Shown: piece by piece, positions 35,478-45,147 of the stretch | Numbering within the stretch: the first letter of the stretch is position 1 | Layout: every line of letters begins with the position of its first letter | IMG/VR virus record: IMGVR_UViG_3300005529_000001 | Span: 16,882 to 80,881 of that record | Strand: one strand, 5' to 3' | DNA: 64,000 nt | Origin: a virus | Translations under genes and position numbers: made by a program | The notes under the pieces: generated by a model | Databases searched by the model: none | Seen by the model: the letters and a program-made list of their open reading frames with translations, nothing else | Told to the model about the DNA's origin: nothing

Positions 35478-35872
35478 GTGACGGGTGACCCCTTGGGCAA
35501 ACCCTCACCGTCTGGAAACAGCACGTGCATCAATGCGACCGTATCACGGACCAGCTCGCTGTCGAAGTGTGCCAAGCCCGTCGTGGGATCAAAGCTCACG
35601 ATAGCTTTGGGCCAGTCGCTTGGGTAGGGTGCTGCCCACAGCACGCACAGCCTCGTTAGCAAGCCAAACGCTTGGCCACGCTTGGCCACGTTCCCGTTGA
35701 GCTCATCATCACAGATCTTGTTGAGCAAGTTGACGAGCGGGACGACCTCGGGTGGGAAGATGGGAACACGAGGGTTCTTGGGTGGCTTTTGATCTTTCTT
35801 TCCCATGGGAGCGCTCTGGATTGCGATACGACGTTGCTCGCTCTTACAAATAGCGACTTGTTTTGATTTCAC
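35474..35872 (-). CDS. hypothetical protein
   Basis: 132 aa. Confidence 0.4.
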   Translation of the reverse strand: MKSKQVAICKSEQRRIAIQSAPMGKKDQKPPKNPRVPIFPPEVVPLVNLLNKICDDELNGNVAKRGQAFGLLTRLCVLWAAPYPSDWPKAIVSFDPTTGLAHFDSELVRDTVALMHVLFPDGEGLPKGSPVT

Positions 35873-36165
35873 GTCGTGACCTTGACGCGGCGTTTTCCCA
35901 ACCGCTTCTTGACATCATACATCGTGTCGATGACGAGCTCCCTGTTCTCAGCAAGTCGCCTGACGATGTCTTGTGAGTTCAGCAGCTCGTGGACCTGCAG
36001 GACCGCAGTCAGGCTTGGGTCATTGAGGATAGCCTTGAGCTGATCCTCCGCTTCGACCAACTTGACCGCAGCAAGCATGAGCTTAGCATGGACGTCAACG
36101 CAATCAGCGAAAGGAGCAACTTTGGCCATGCTCGGATTGTAAGCACGCCATCGCAGCCTTTGCAC
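35869..36165 (-). CDS. hypothetical protein
   Basis: 98 aa. Confidence 0.4.
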   Translation of the reverse strand: MQRLRWRAYNPSMAKVAPFADCVDVHAKLMLAAVKLVEAEDQLKAILNDPSLTAVLQVHELLNSQDIVRRLAENRELVIDTMYDVKKRLGKRRVKVTT

Positions 36166-36732
36166 TCAGTAACAGTAGGACAACTCGTCAAGATTGATCC
36201 GGTTCCACGCTGCGACTTGCGCAACGGTCGTCCGGTCAGGACAGACAAACGCGTGTGGGTACCAGGTCGTGTTCATCAGCGTCCCGTAGACGTGTTGGGC
36301 TCCAAAAGCGTGACCCATCTCGTGTTGGAGGATGCCGCTGACATCCTGCTCATACCAGTTTTTTCGTAGCGAAATCTCGAAACCGCCCAGTGTAGACGTC
36401 CACGCCAGGGGCTTTGGAACGTTGACCCCGTCGTTGTCTTGGGGTGCATCGATTGCTTCGTGGACCCACAGGGTGCAGCTGTCTTTCCAGGGTTGCCCGT
36501 GGTCTACGGCCACAACGTGGCGCCACTGGTGCAGAGCTCGGTCCCACTGGTCTATGGCATCATGAGCGCCTGGAATGGAAGCGTTAGGTAGGTCGAGACA
36601 CACGTAGATGTGTCCCTGTTCTTCAGGTTGCACCGCGAGTGGCGGTTTGCTCCACTCCACGCCGCAGCCGTTAGACAGCACCGCCACGAAGCACACAGCG
36701 CTTGCCAGTGATACGAACCGTCCGAACCCCAT
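36166..36732 (-). CDS. metzincin-type zinc metalloprotease lipoprotein
   Basis: HEMGHAFGAQH = HExxHxxGxxH; signal peptide with lipobox LSNGC. Confidence 0.65.
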   Translation of the reverse strand: MGFGRFVSLASAVCFVAVLSNGCGVEWSKPPLAVQPEEQGHIYVCLDLPNASIPGAHDAIDQWDRALHQWRHVVAVDHGQPWKDSCTLWVHEAIDAPQDNDGVNVPKPLAWTSTLGGFEISLRKNWYEQDVSGILQHEMGHAFGAQHVYGTLMNTTWYPHAFVCPDRTTVAQVAAWNRINLDELSYCY

Positions 36733-37048
36733 TGACGGTACCTATCCGTTGCAAGCACTCTGTTGGCACCCAAACCAAGCCCGCGCCAGGCGCTAAGACA
36801 AGGCAACACGCTGCTTCTTCGTCATCTATTGAATAGACGACAATGCCAACGTCCTTTTCAGCCCAGTGAGTGTCAGTTAGCTTTGGGTCATTCCATAACA
36901 GCGGAGTGACCATGGCGGTGAACTCAAGGCCGTCTTCATAGTTGCAGTCGCTCCAACGGTAGACATAGTTGATGAACGAGCCACGCTGGACCAGGTCACC
37001 CGGGAAGACAACCATCAGAAGAGCTTTTTGATCTCGCCACGACTCCAA
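36671..37048 (-). CDS. hypothetical protein
   Basis: 125 aa. Confidence 0.35.
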   Translation of the reverse strand: MESWRDQKALLMVVFPGDLVQRGSFINYVYRWSDCNYEDGLEFTAMVTPLLWNDPKLTDTHWAEKDVGIVVYSIDDEEAACCLVLAPGAGLVWVPTECLQRIGTVNGVRTVRITGKRCVLRGGAV

Positions 37049-37353
37049 ATCTGCATCAGATCTCTTGGGTCGTCGATCTGTTCGGGCTTGGCTGCGGCGC
37101 CCATCGCCATCCGTTGCTTGGCTGTCTTGATGCGAAGCTTCTCGACCTCGGCTTCAAGCTTCTTGGTGAGCTCGGCTCTCTCGTCTTTCGGGCTGCGGCC
37201 GTTGAACAGCGTCACCGCTGCATCACGGCAACGGTTGAAGAAATCAAAGATGTCTTTGATGTCAATCTCATCACCGAAACGGATGCCCAGCGGCTCGTCA
37301 CCCTCAGCGACGTCCGTCTCCCTGATGCTGAAATCAACCCTAAAACGTTTCAC
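37015..37353 (-). CDS. hypothetical protein
   Basis: 112 aa. Confidence 0.35.
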   Translation of the reverse strand: MKRFRVDFSIRETDVAEGDEPLGIRFGDEIDIKDIFDFFNRCRDAAVTLFNGRSPKDERAELTKKLEAEVEKLRIKTAKQRMAMGAAAKPEQIDDPRDLMQIWSRGEIKKLF

Positions 37354-37532
37354 TTTCTCTTTTCTCTTGGGAGGACATTGGGCCCACCCAAAGCGCCGCT
37401 GATCCCATCAATGAAACCGATCGCCATCTTGCCGAACTCCCAAGCCATCCAGAAAGCGATGATGAGCGCGATGATGAGGATGGCACCAACGATGCAGATG
37501 AGAACGACAGCCCATGTCGGTAACGTGATCAT
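37350..37532 (-). CDS. small membrane protein
   Basis: start MITLPTWAVVLICIVGAILIIALIIAFWMAW inside ORF 37350..37649. Confidence 0.3.
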   Translation of the reverse strand: MITLPTWAVVLICIVGAILIIALIIAFWMAWEFGKMAIGFIDGISGALGGPNVLPREKRK

Positions 37533-37731
37533 GATCTCCTCGCGGCGTTGAACGCTTTGACACGTGCCCAGGTGCAGTAAACACCCGCCATGACGATCAT
37601 CTGCTGGGCCCAGAAATGGTAGATGGGCGGGCGGCCCAAGCGAAACCAATGGTAGAGCGTGACGCCCAAGACAACGCTGGTGATCGTTGACAGGACCAGC
37701 GCCCAGACCAGGTGGTAACGAGCGAGCGCGT

Positions 37732-37965
37732 TCACTTCTCTTCCTTGGGACCGTCGTCGGTGATGACGATGTTCTTCACCACCTTGATCCCACGTGGGAC
37801 GACAAGGTATGACAGCACGGTCAAGTTCCACGTCAAGGTTGCCAGCAACACCATCGCTGGGATCGACCACGTCATGTTGTGCTGGTTGAAGACGTGCAAC
37901 CCCCAGACCATGATGGGGGCGCAGACAGCGTTGGCGGCGTATCGGAACCAGGGAGGCAGTTTCAT
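37732..37965 (-). CDS. small membrane protein
   Basis: 77 aa, two TM helices. Confidence 0.35.
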   Translation of the reverse strand: MKLPPWFRYAANAVCAPIMVWGLHVFNQHNMTWSIPAMVLLATLTWNLTVLSYLVVPRGIKVVKNIVITDDGPKEEK

Positions 37966-38426
37966 GCGGGCCTCACATATTCCATGAGGGGCGGGAGCTT
38001 GATGCCACCATGGCCGTAACGGTCACCCTCCGGGATGTAGGACCTGACCTCGACCTTGGCGCCCGTGGCATTGATCTGCTGGATGGCATGTTGTAGCGAG
38101 TAATGATCTCGCGTGGTGAAGAGCGCGGTCCCGGTCGGTCCCTCGACAAAGTCCTTGGCGTCCTTCAGACCATGTCCAGTCAGCTCCCGGATGACCTTGA
38201 TCAGGCCGATCTTGTTCGGACCCGCATCGACCAGGCAGACGACGCAGTTGCCCGTCTTGAACAGCAGGCCCATCGCGTCCATGCAGCGTTGGAAGAAGTC
38301 ACGGACATGGACGATGGGGACATCATCACCGAAGGAGATGTGCCGCAGCTCGCTCGCGGGAGTGTCATCATCAGCAACTTCCTGGATGACGAAGTCGATG
38401 CGGAGGTGCGTCTTTCGATCGATCAT
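37962..38426 (-). CDS. protein with ribosomal L7/L12 C-terminal-domain-like segment
   Basis: IGLIKVIRELTGHGLKDAKDFVEGPTG closely matches bL12 CTD signature (KVIKxVRxxTGLGLKEAKDLVE). Confidence 0.5.
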   Translation of the reverse strand: MIDRKTHLRIDFVIQEVADDDTPASELRHISFGDDVPIVHVRDFFQRCMDAMGLLFKTGNCVVCLVDAGPNKIGLIKVIRELTGHGLKDAKDFVEGPTGTALFTTRDHYSLQHAIQQINATGAKVEVRSYIPEGDRYGHGGIKLPPLMEYVRPA

Positions 38427-38707
38427 TGGATGACCTCGTTGAACTTGCCGAAACGGTAGACGAGAAGCGTGGAGATGGTGAACCAGACCCCGTGGATGAG
38501 GTCGCCCAGGGCACGGTGGTCATCATTCGCTTTCCAAGACTGGAACGCGAAGAACAGACACAGGCTGACGACGATCGCTTTCACGACCAGGTAAGCCCAC
38601 GCAAAGTTTCGGGCGATCTCTTTGCGATCACTCATGTCACGATCCGTTGATGACTTCGAGCAATTTGAGACCCATGGGAGTGATCCGAACGTCATCACAA
38701 CCATCAT
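38423..38707 (-). CDS. small membrane protein
   Basis: 94 aa, two TM helices. Confidence 0.35.
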   Translation of the reverse strand: MMVVMTFGSLPWVSNCSKSSTDRDMSDRKEIARNFAWAYLVVKAIVVSLCLFFAFQSWKANDDHRALGDLIHGVWFTISTLLVYRFGKFNEVIQ

Positions 38708-39005
38708 GGCCCGTGCAACAAGCCTGGACGTAGCCCTTACGGATCAATCCCTGGATCGTTGAAAGCCTGACCCTATCATTTGTATGGACATGGGTCCAGC
38801 CGCCGCGGAAACCAGCGTGACGGAAACGAGCGTCAGCACGCTGTGTGTTAAAGACCCGTGCGAGATCTTCGAGAACTGTGAACTGAATTGGTCCGATGTG
38901 CCACGGACGGAGCAACGCCTCGAAAGACCTGCGTTGGTCACGAAGCTGTTTGTCGATGCGTGATACCATGTTGCCATCATACGAAATTGGGGGCAACATT
39001 TGCAT
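38637..39005 (-). CDS. hypothetical protein
   Basis: 122 aa. Confidence 0.35.
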   Translation of the reverse strand: MQMLPPISYDGNMVSRIDKQLRDQRRSFEALLRPWHIGPIQFTVLEDLARVFNTQRADARFRHAGFRGGWTHVHTNDRVRLSTIQGLIRKGYVQACCTGHDGCDDVRITPMGLKLLEVINGS

Positions 39006-39279
39006 CGCCAGACCATAGGATCAGGAAATCATTGTCGACGACAGCGATCACCATCCCATCGGGCCGGCAACCCTTGCCACGTGACAGGCACGAGTTGTTG
39101 TCACCCATGCTGAGAACCTTGACGAAGTCACCGGGCTTGATCATGTCAGCCCGCCAGGCCCGGCCCTCCCAGTCGTAGGAACACTCGTGGCCCTTTGCTG
39201 CCCACGTCTCGGTGCCATTGGACAACGTGTGATAGTAACAGACAGCGAACGTGTTAGCGTGACAATGCTGGAGCTTCAC
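38977..39279 (-). CDS. hypothetical protein
   Basis: 100 aa. Confidence 0.3.
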   Translation of the reverse strand: MKLQHCHANTFAVCYYHTLSNGTETWAAKGHECSYDWEGRAWRADMIKPGDFVKVLSMGDNNSCLSRGKGCRPDGMVIAVVDNDFLILWSGDANVAPNFV

Positions 39280-39584
39280 ATGCTGCTCATGAACCTGATC
39301 CCAGCCAAACGTCGAGACTCAACCTCATCAGCAGTGTCGCCAGCGACCCACCCGATGCCCTCTTTCTCCCACGACGGGTGACGCAACTCCAGAAGCGCTT
39401 CCAGCACGACAGGGATGTGGTTCGAGATCGGGCCGACGTTGGGAACCAGCTCGTAAGCGATGGGATAGACGCTGACGATCCGGTCACCGGGACGGAGGAG
39501 AGCTTGCAAGCCATCGACGTTGCATGGGCCGCACGTGGCAGCCACGTTCTCGTGTGGGACTCGGACGGTGCGATACCGAGTCAC
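39276..39584 (-). CDS. hypothetical protein
   Basis: 102 aa. Confidence 0.3.
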   Translation of the reverse strand: MTRYRTVRVPHENVAATCGPCNVDGLQALLRPGDRIVSVYPIAYELVPNVGPISNHIPVVLEALLELRHPSWEKEGIGWVAGDTADEVESRRLAGIRFMSSM

Positions 39585-39793
39585 GACTTCCCCACTTGCA
39601 GGTGGGTATCACCGAAGAGCGCGGTCTTGAAGTCCTCACGGGCCGGAGCATCGAGCGGGATCGTTGTCCAGCTAGCCTGCCCAGACGGGTAGCACGCCAG
39701 CGACTTGCTGATGCTGGCGTTGACGTCAGTCACCTCCAGTGGCTGGGTGATGACAAGCTCGATCGTGACCCTGAAACGTCGGTGTTTGGTCAT
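39581..39793 (-). CDS. hypothetical protein
   Basis: 70 aa. Confidence 0.3.
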   Translation of the reverse strand: MTKHRRFRVTIELVITQPLEVTDVNASISKSLACYPSGQASWTTIPLDAPAREDFKTALFGDTHLQVGKS

Positions 39794-40014
39794 GGTTGCC
39801 TCGGAGCGGGATCAGCGCACATGCACTGGTGGTTGAGCAGCTGGCTGACCTGGCCGTTCGGGCACGCGATCTTGCTGCACTCGGTCTCGTTGTGCGAAGC
39901 TACGCCATAGCTGATGGCCGCGACGATGATGACGACGATGAGGCCGAGCCAACCCCCGGGCCCAAAGAAGATCGCATCATCAGTGGCGTCGCTAGCGTCT
40001 TCCCAGTCCCACAT
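39790..40014 (-). CDS. small membrane protein
   Basis: 74 aa, GLIVVIIVAAISYGV helix. Confidence 0.3.
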   Translation of the reverse strand: MWDWEDASDATDDAIFFGPGGWLGLIVVIIVAAISYGVASHNETECSKIACPNGQVSQLLNHQCMCADPAPRQP

Positions 40015-40017
40015 GGT

Positions 40018-40638
40018 TCACTCCGTCGGCGGCCGGCAACGCCAGGGCAGGCGGTCCGGGCAATCGTTGATGTCGAACTCAGCAAGGCCGCTCATCGCGC
40101 CGCAGCGAGGTGCGATGGTGCTGAAGCCCGCGCTCTCGAAGAAGCTCTCGCTGCGTTGGTTCCAGGGTGAAGCGACAAGGCGGCTGTATCCCAGACGGTG
40201 ACCGAGCCGGATCGACTCGTTGATGAGGATGCGACCGATGCCACGGTTGCGCCACCGGGCTTGGGTGTAGATGCCCGTCCTGAACGTGGGGACGACACAG
40301 CTGGACTCGGGCCGGAGCAAGCACCATGCGATGGGTTCGAGACGATCGCTTGACTGCCACGCGGTGACAGCCCACCAGTCCTGGCCCGACTGGAGCCCGT
40401 CATTGTACTGGTCGATGAGGTCGCGAAAGAGCGAGCCCGCACCGACGCCGTCGTCCTTGAGGTCGCCGCGATCACCGCTATTGGTCAGGTGCATCCGGAG
40501 GTCAAAGACCAGGGACTTCGACAGGAAGTTCCAGGGCTCGGACTCGAGCCGGAGGCTGACGGGCAGGGGAGGCGGGACCGGCCGCACGCCGCTCGTTCTC
40601 GCCTTCTCAGGTGCCCTCGAGTTATTCGTTGCGGCCAT
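40018..40638 (-). CDS. GNAT-family N-acetyltransferase
   Basis: RWRNRGIGRILINESIRLGHRLGYSRL acetyl-CoA motif A. Confidence 0.65.
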   Translation of the reverse strand: MAATNNSRAPEKARTSGVRPVPPPLPVSLRLESEPWNFLSKSLVFDLRMHLTNSGDRGDLKDDGVGAGSLFRDLIDQYNDGLQSGQDWWAVTAWQSSDRLEPIAWCLLRPESSCVVPTFRTGIYTQARWRNRGIGRILINESIRLGHRLGYSRLVASPWNQRSESFFESAGFSTIAPRCGAMSGLAEFDINDCPDRLPWRCRPPTE

Positions 40639-40674
40639 GAATACAGTGTACCACAGCTGGTCTTACGTTTTCAC

Positions 40675-40968
40675 TCAGAGGGCTTTGGGGGTCTCTCGAG
40701 CTTCGACGACGAAGCCAGCCCAGTTCGGGTAAGCCTTGAGCTTCTCACGGTCCTCGGGGGTGACGGGATACGCAAGCAAGCGCATGTCAGACCCGATCGA
40801 TGCAGCGACCGGGAAACCGAGCTCCAGCTCGAGTGAGTGACGGGCTTCCTGCAGGCGACCCACTTGGGCGACGCCGCCCCCGCCGGAACGCGTGGCCATC
40901 AGGGCTTCTCCGACAAACGCAGGCCCTTGCACGTGGTGAAACCCGCCAGCGGCCGACGCGTCAGGCAT
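40675..40968 (-). CDS. hypothetical protein
   Basis: 97 aa. Confidence 0.3.
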   Translation of the reverse strand: MPDASAAGGFHHVQGPAFVGEALMATRSGGGGVAQVGRLQEARHSLELELGFPVAASIGSDMRLLAYPVTPEDREKLKAYPNWAGFVVEARETPKAL

Positions 40969-41222
40969 GTGTCCTCGTTGAACGAGAGCGGGCTCTCCTT
41001 CTCTCCCAGACGTTCAGCCACGTGCTTGCGCAGGCCCGTCGCAGCTTCGACCCACGCGACGACCTTGTCAGCGAGGACCCGGTCGAGGGGGCGGATGCGA
41101 TCAGCGAGCTGCTGTGCCGTCATGGCGTCAGCACCGTCGAGGCTGAAAGAGATGCTCGACGGCAGCATGTCACGGAAGATCCGGGCGAAGAACTGCAACT
41201 CTTCTTTGGTGAGGGGCTGCAT
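40899..41222 (-). CDS. hypothetical protein
   Basis: 107 aa. Confidence 0.3.
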   Translation of the reverse strand: MQPLTKEELQFFARIFRDMLPSSISFSLDGADAMTAQQLADRIRPLDRVLADKVVAWVEAATGLRKHVAERLGEKESPLSFNEDTCLTRRPLAGFTTCKGLRLSEKP

Positions 41223-41608
41223 CAGTTGCTCCGGTCGGTGGGGGCCGTCATCAGCTCGGTGCGTTGGACGACATGAGCTCGCAAGCCTTCAAAAGCTTCG
41301 ACGATCGTCATCAACTTCTGGGCCATAACCGGATCGAACGGCCGGACGTCATCGGCACCGTCCTTGAAATCGCTGACCATGGTGTTGAACTCACCCTCGG
41401 GGTCAGCGAGGTCCTGTGCAGCGTCACGGAGGCTCTCGAGGAAATCCTCCTTCGTCAGCTTGTACTCGTCACCTTCCATCGTCTCATCCTCCTTCGAGCG
41501 GATGCTCGCATCAAAAACCGTACTCCACGGACGCACCCTGGACATCACTTGCCCATCGTAGGAACCGGAGTCAACGGTGCAGCCAGGGGTGCGACAGCGG
41601 TGGGACAA
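41222..41608 (-). CDS. hypothetical acidic protein
   Basis: 128 aa. Confidence 0.3.
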   Translation of the reverse strand: MSHRCRTPGCTVDSGSYDGQVMSRVRPWSTVFDASIRSKEDETMEGDEYKLTKEDFLESLRDAAQDLADPEGEFNTMVSDFKDGADDVRPFDPVMAQKLMTIVEAFEGLRAHVVQRTELMTAPTDRSN

Positions 41609-42100
41609 GCTTTTGAAAGGTCAGGGTGTTCGTAATGGATGCGTTCGACTGCAACCTGCTGCCACTTGTCAGCGACGCAGGTCGAAGCGCAAGTTGACAT
41701 AGCACAGCACAGGACGATAGCAGCCCACCGGGCGATCTTGGAGATGACAACACCCTGCTGGAACTCGGTTGAGGCGTACTCGGCTTTCTGCACGTCAGCG
41801 TCAGCCGCGATCTTGGCCTTCATCACCTCGGCCTTCGAGGCATCATCGAGCATGCCGAACCAGGACTCCATCTCTTTTTCAGACGGGATAGGACCAGCAG
41901 ACTTCTTCTTGGTGCTAAGGTCATCCATGGCACTCAGGGAGTGGGACAGGCGACACGGACTGCACCGGCAGAGTCCTGCACTATCAGGACGGTGCCCACA
42001 CAGTGCATCTGCCCAGACGCACCCCCAGCAAGGTGGTACTGGACGGTGACGCCGCAGGCTGGCACCAGCGCGGTGAAGAAAATGAGGGCGAGAGCGCGCA

Positions 42101-42382
42101 TCACTTGCTCCGGACCTTCGCGGGTCCCGCTTGGGGGACGCCACGACGATGGACGCGGTACCCGGCATGCTTGTCGGGCACCTTCAGCTTGGCATCGTTG
42201 GTGAAGACGAACAGGCCCCAGCCACCGTCCAGGGCGAAACCGGTGATGACGTTGACACCCGCGAGTTGCGCCTGCAGGGACTTCTGCGCAGCGTCGAGGT
42301 CGTCAGGCTTGGGAGGCAGCCCGTTGTCACGCGGGGGTGCCGGCTCGGTGGGGGACCCTTTCTTCTTGCCGGGACGCATCAC
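42101..42382 (-). CDS. hypothetical protein
   Basis: 93 aa. Confidence 0.3.
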   Translation of the reverse strand: MMRPGKKKGSPTEPAPPRDNGLPPKPDDLDAAQKSLQAQLAGVNVITGFALDGGWGLFVFTNDAKLKVPDKHAGYRVHRRGVPQAGPAKVRSK

Positions 42383-42726
42383 TTGCCATCCAGCTTCTTG
42401 ACCTGGCCCTTGTTACCGCCCGACTTGACGCGGGAGCGGGTGCGGCCGATGCCGCGCGGGGGCTTGGAGGTGTTGGCTCGCTTGTTGTGGAGCCAGTCCT
42501 CACGCTGGATGCGGGTCTCGTCGTCGGTCTGTCGCCGGACGAAGTCCTTCAGGCTCTCGCCCGGGTAGCCGCCCTTGCGGTGCTTGGTCTTCAGCGAGCG
42601 TGAGTGCGACTCACGCAGCTTGGTGGGGGTCCTGTCGCTCGGCATCGTCGTTCGTTGCTCCGTGTTGGGTTTTTGAGGGTTTCGGGTTTTTTCTTGCGCA
42701 GCTAACACACATGTGTACGGGCTCAA
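42379..42726 (-). CDS. hypothetical basic protein
   Basis: 115 aa, Lys/Arg-rich. Confidence 0.3.
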   Translation of the reverse strand: MSPYTCVLAAQEKTRNPQKPNTEQRTTMPSDRTPTKLRESHSRSLKTKHRKGGYPGESLKDFVRRQTDDETRIQREDWLHNKRANTSKPPRGIGRTRSRVKSGGNKGQVKKLDGK

Positions 42727-43032
42727 AGACGACAGCTTCTTCGCTGCAGTTCGGGGTGCCGCACAGCTTCTTAGCGCCTGCCATGGACTCGGATCCTATC
42801 CCAGTGGGCCAGCAACGTTCACTGGTGCCGGCCGTTGATGTACCTGAGGATCGACTCCGATATCTCACGCCGGTGGTCGATGCCCGCTTGGACGAGGTCA
42901 GCGAGCTTGGTATCGACGGTCCGGATGCTCGCGATGAGCTCGCGGTCATGAGCGCCAGCGAGGTCGATGTTGCGCAAGGCGTGAGCCTTGACGCGGCTGA
43001 CGATGGCAGCGAACTGTTCTCGGGTCGGGCGC

Positions 43033-43341
43033 TCAGCCATTGCCCAGCTCATAAGCGCAGACGAGCGCCAGCAGGACGAAACAAGCAGCGGGAGCGTAAC
43101 GCCCGTAGGGGGTAAAGACGCGGCGATCGGCGACGTCACATGCCGCAGACCAGAGGCGCCAGACGGGCCGGGCGACGGGAGCCAGGATGACAGCGATCGT
43201 GGCCAGGACATTGGCACAGGCGCGGACGAAGGAGCTCCACACCAGCGCAAAGTGGTTGGTCCATGTCATGAGCGAGTACCAACCGAGGACGATGACAGGG
43301 GTGCCGAACAGGACGGCACAGAAGACCGGGAAGTTTACCAT
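43033..43341 (-). CDS. membrane protein
   Basis: 3 TM helices; AAGGAGA Shine-Dalgarno 6 nt upstream of ATG. Confidence 0.4.
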   Translation of the reverse strand: MVNFPVFCAVLFGTPVIVLGWYSLMTWTNHFALVWSSFVRACANVLATIAVILAPVARPVWRLWSAACDVADRRVFTPYGRYAPAACFVLLALVCAYELGNG

Positions 43342-43343
43342 AG

Positions 43344-43500
43344 CTTTCTCCTTACAACGAGGCGGGAAACGAGTACAAGGCCACTGAAGATGGCGAGGAA
43401 GACGAGCGCCCTGGTGGGACCGCTGGTCACGGTGCCCTGCAACAGCCAGACGACGAACGCAGCGATGACGGCTGCGATGGGCGGGTCGATGTCAAACAGG
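43344..43500 (-). CDS. small membrane peptide (52 aa)
   Basis: MNLFDIDPPIAAVIAAFVVWLLQ...; below ORF-track cut-off, found by manual translation. Confidence 0.25.
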
Positions 43501-43622
43501 TTCATTGCGACTCCATCATCAACTGTTGCAGCTCGGTCGGCCCACCGTTTGCCATGAAAGCGTGGAAGAGGGCAGCCTCGACAACGAACAACGCCGCGAG
43601 GAGCAAGATGACCTTGGCGCGG

Positions 43623-43868
43623 TTAGCCACGGGTGATGAGGCGCCCGAGGCGTTCCAGGAACGGGTTGAAAACCCCGGTGACGAAGAGGCACGAGAAGAC
43701 GAGCAGGGTGCCGAAAGCGACAAAGATGATGACGATGGCTGTGTCAGGCGCGGCAACGGCGACGGACAACGTGGTGAAAAGGGAAAAGAGGGTGAGGTAC
43801 GGGTAGTCACAGACGAGGTCCCGGGTCCCCCAGAACAGCCAGCAAAAGTAGTCGATGACGGGCTTCAC
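43623..43868 (-). CDS. membrane protein
   Basis: 81 aa, 2-3 TM helices. Confidence 0.35.
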   Translation of the reverse strand: MKPVIDYFCWLFWGTRDLVCDYPYLTLFSLFTTLSVAVAAPDTAIVIIFVAFGTLLVFSCLFVTGVFNPFLERLGRLITRG

Positions 43869-43956
43869 TTGAGCACCGTGAGGATGGCGACAGTGATGAG
43901 AAAGGCGATCGCGATATCAACCGCGAGCTTGAAGGGTTGGTTGAACTCGGGACGCA

Positions 43957-44190
43957 TCACCAGGCCTTGATGACGAAGTGGATCGCAGCAACGAGCATGA
44001 AGACAAGGATGACACACATCCCGATGCCAGCGACGGCGATCACCGCCCGGATCACCCGCATGTCATCCCGGCGGTCGATGCGCATCGAAGCGAGGTCTGC
44101 TGACAGGTCAGGCTTGGTGATTGCTGCCTGACGCCGAGACGACTCGTACGCATCGACCTTGAGACGTTCTGTGTCCTGTGTGGTCATCAC
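43957..44190 (-). CDS. C-terminally anchored small protein
   Basis: 77 aa. Confidence 0.3.
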   Translation of the reverse strand: MMTTQDTERLKVDAYESSRRQAAITKPDLSADLASMRIDRRDDMRVIRAVIAVAGIGMCVILVFMLVAAIHFVIKAW

Positions 44191-44633
44191 TCGTCCCTGT
44201 CGCAGGCGGCTGACTCACGGATGCGGCACTCTTGCCGTTTCTCTCCGGCATCGATGAACTCGCACTCGCTCTTGAGGCAGTAGGTGAGGGCGCGGCAGAA
44301 GTGCCGGTCGTCGGCGTGCTTGAGGATGTCGCACTGGGCGCCCTGGGCGGTACCCTCGCACGACCTAGCGGTCGCGGAAAGAGCGACAAAAACGAGGACG
44401 ATGCCGATGGCCATCAGGACCGCAGCGGTGAACACGCCCAGGGGCTTGTCCCAGAAGCGACGCCCGTCGAGGTTGGTGCCAAAGTACTTGCCGTTGATCC
44501 CGACGACGTTACCCCTGTTGTTGACGATGAGGCTATCGCCGACCCGGATGCCCCGGACGCTTGACTTGCCATCGACCCTGATCTTGACGTTGCCGTCGTC
44601 CGACTGGATGCTGACCGCCATGTTGAGCTCCAT
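44187..44633 (-). CDS. membrane-anchored Cys-rich protein
   Basis: 148 aa; central TM helix, C-terminal 8 Cys. Confidence 0.35.
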   Translation of the reverse strand: MELNMAVSIQSDDGNVKIRVDGKSSVRGIRVGDSLIVNNRGNVVGINGKYFGTNLDGRRFWDKPLGVFTAAVLMAIGIVLVFVALSATARSCEGTAQGAQCDILKHADDRHFCRALTYCLKSECEFIDAGEKRQECRIRESAACDRDE

Positions 44634-44634
44634 C

Positions 44635-45147
44635 CTACCCCACGACGGGAGGCAAATTCACACCAACAAGGACAATGGGCTTGCCCTTGCGACGATCGAT
44701 CAGGTTCGGAGCCTGGGCTTTGATGACTTCCAGCATCGCTGCAAACGAATGGGTGCCACGGACGATGACGTTCGAGTTGCAAGCGCTACGTGGGTCAACG
44801 GTCCGGTCCCACCAGCCGAGGACGGTCCAACCGCCAACGTGGGACAGCTTGGCCTCACCCTCGACCTCTTCGCATGACCGGCGGTACGGGTCGCCGGGGA
44901 CGGAGCCAGGGCAGAAGCCACCATCGAGGCGACCGCCGTGAAGCGACGGGGGCAACCGTCGCTCGATCTCGTGCTCCCGCATGTGCGGGTTCTTGGGACA
45001 CCTGAGGTAGTGACCGCTGCGCTCCCAGCAACCGAAGAAATAGCACTCGGCAGTCAGGACGTCGGAGGGGACCCGGACGTGGCCCGTCCCGTTGCAATGG
45101 GGACAGGGAACATCACGCTCTGGCAACATGACAGTGTCGTCAGCCAT
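44635..45147 (-). CDS. zinc-finger-containing protein
   Basis: CPHCNGTGH plus further Cys pairs. Confidence 0.35.
   Translation of the reverse strand: MADDTVMLPERDVPCPHCNGTGHVRVPSDVLTAECYFFGCWERSGHYLRCPKNPHMREHEIERRLPPSLHGGRLDGGFCPGSVPGDPYRRSCEEVEGEAKLSHVGGWTVLGWWDRTVDPRSACNSNVIVRGTHSFAAMLEVIKAQAPNLIDRRKGKPIVLVGVNLPPVVG

Noticed and set aside
35671-35691. Tandem 9-bp duplication cgcttggcca x2
   Set aside because: It lies inside coding sequence of 35474..35872 and is too short and isolated to be a functional repeat array.
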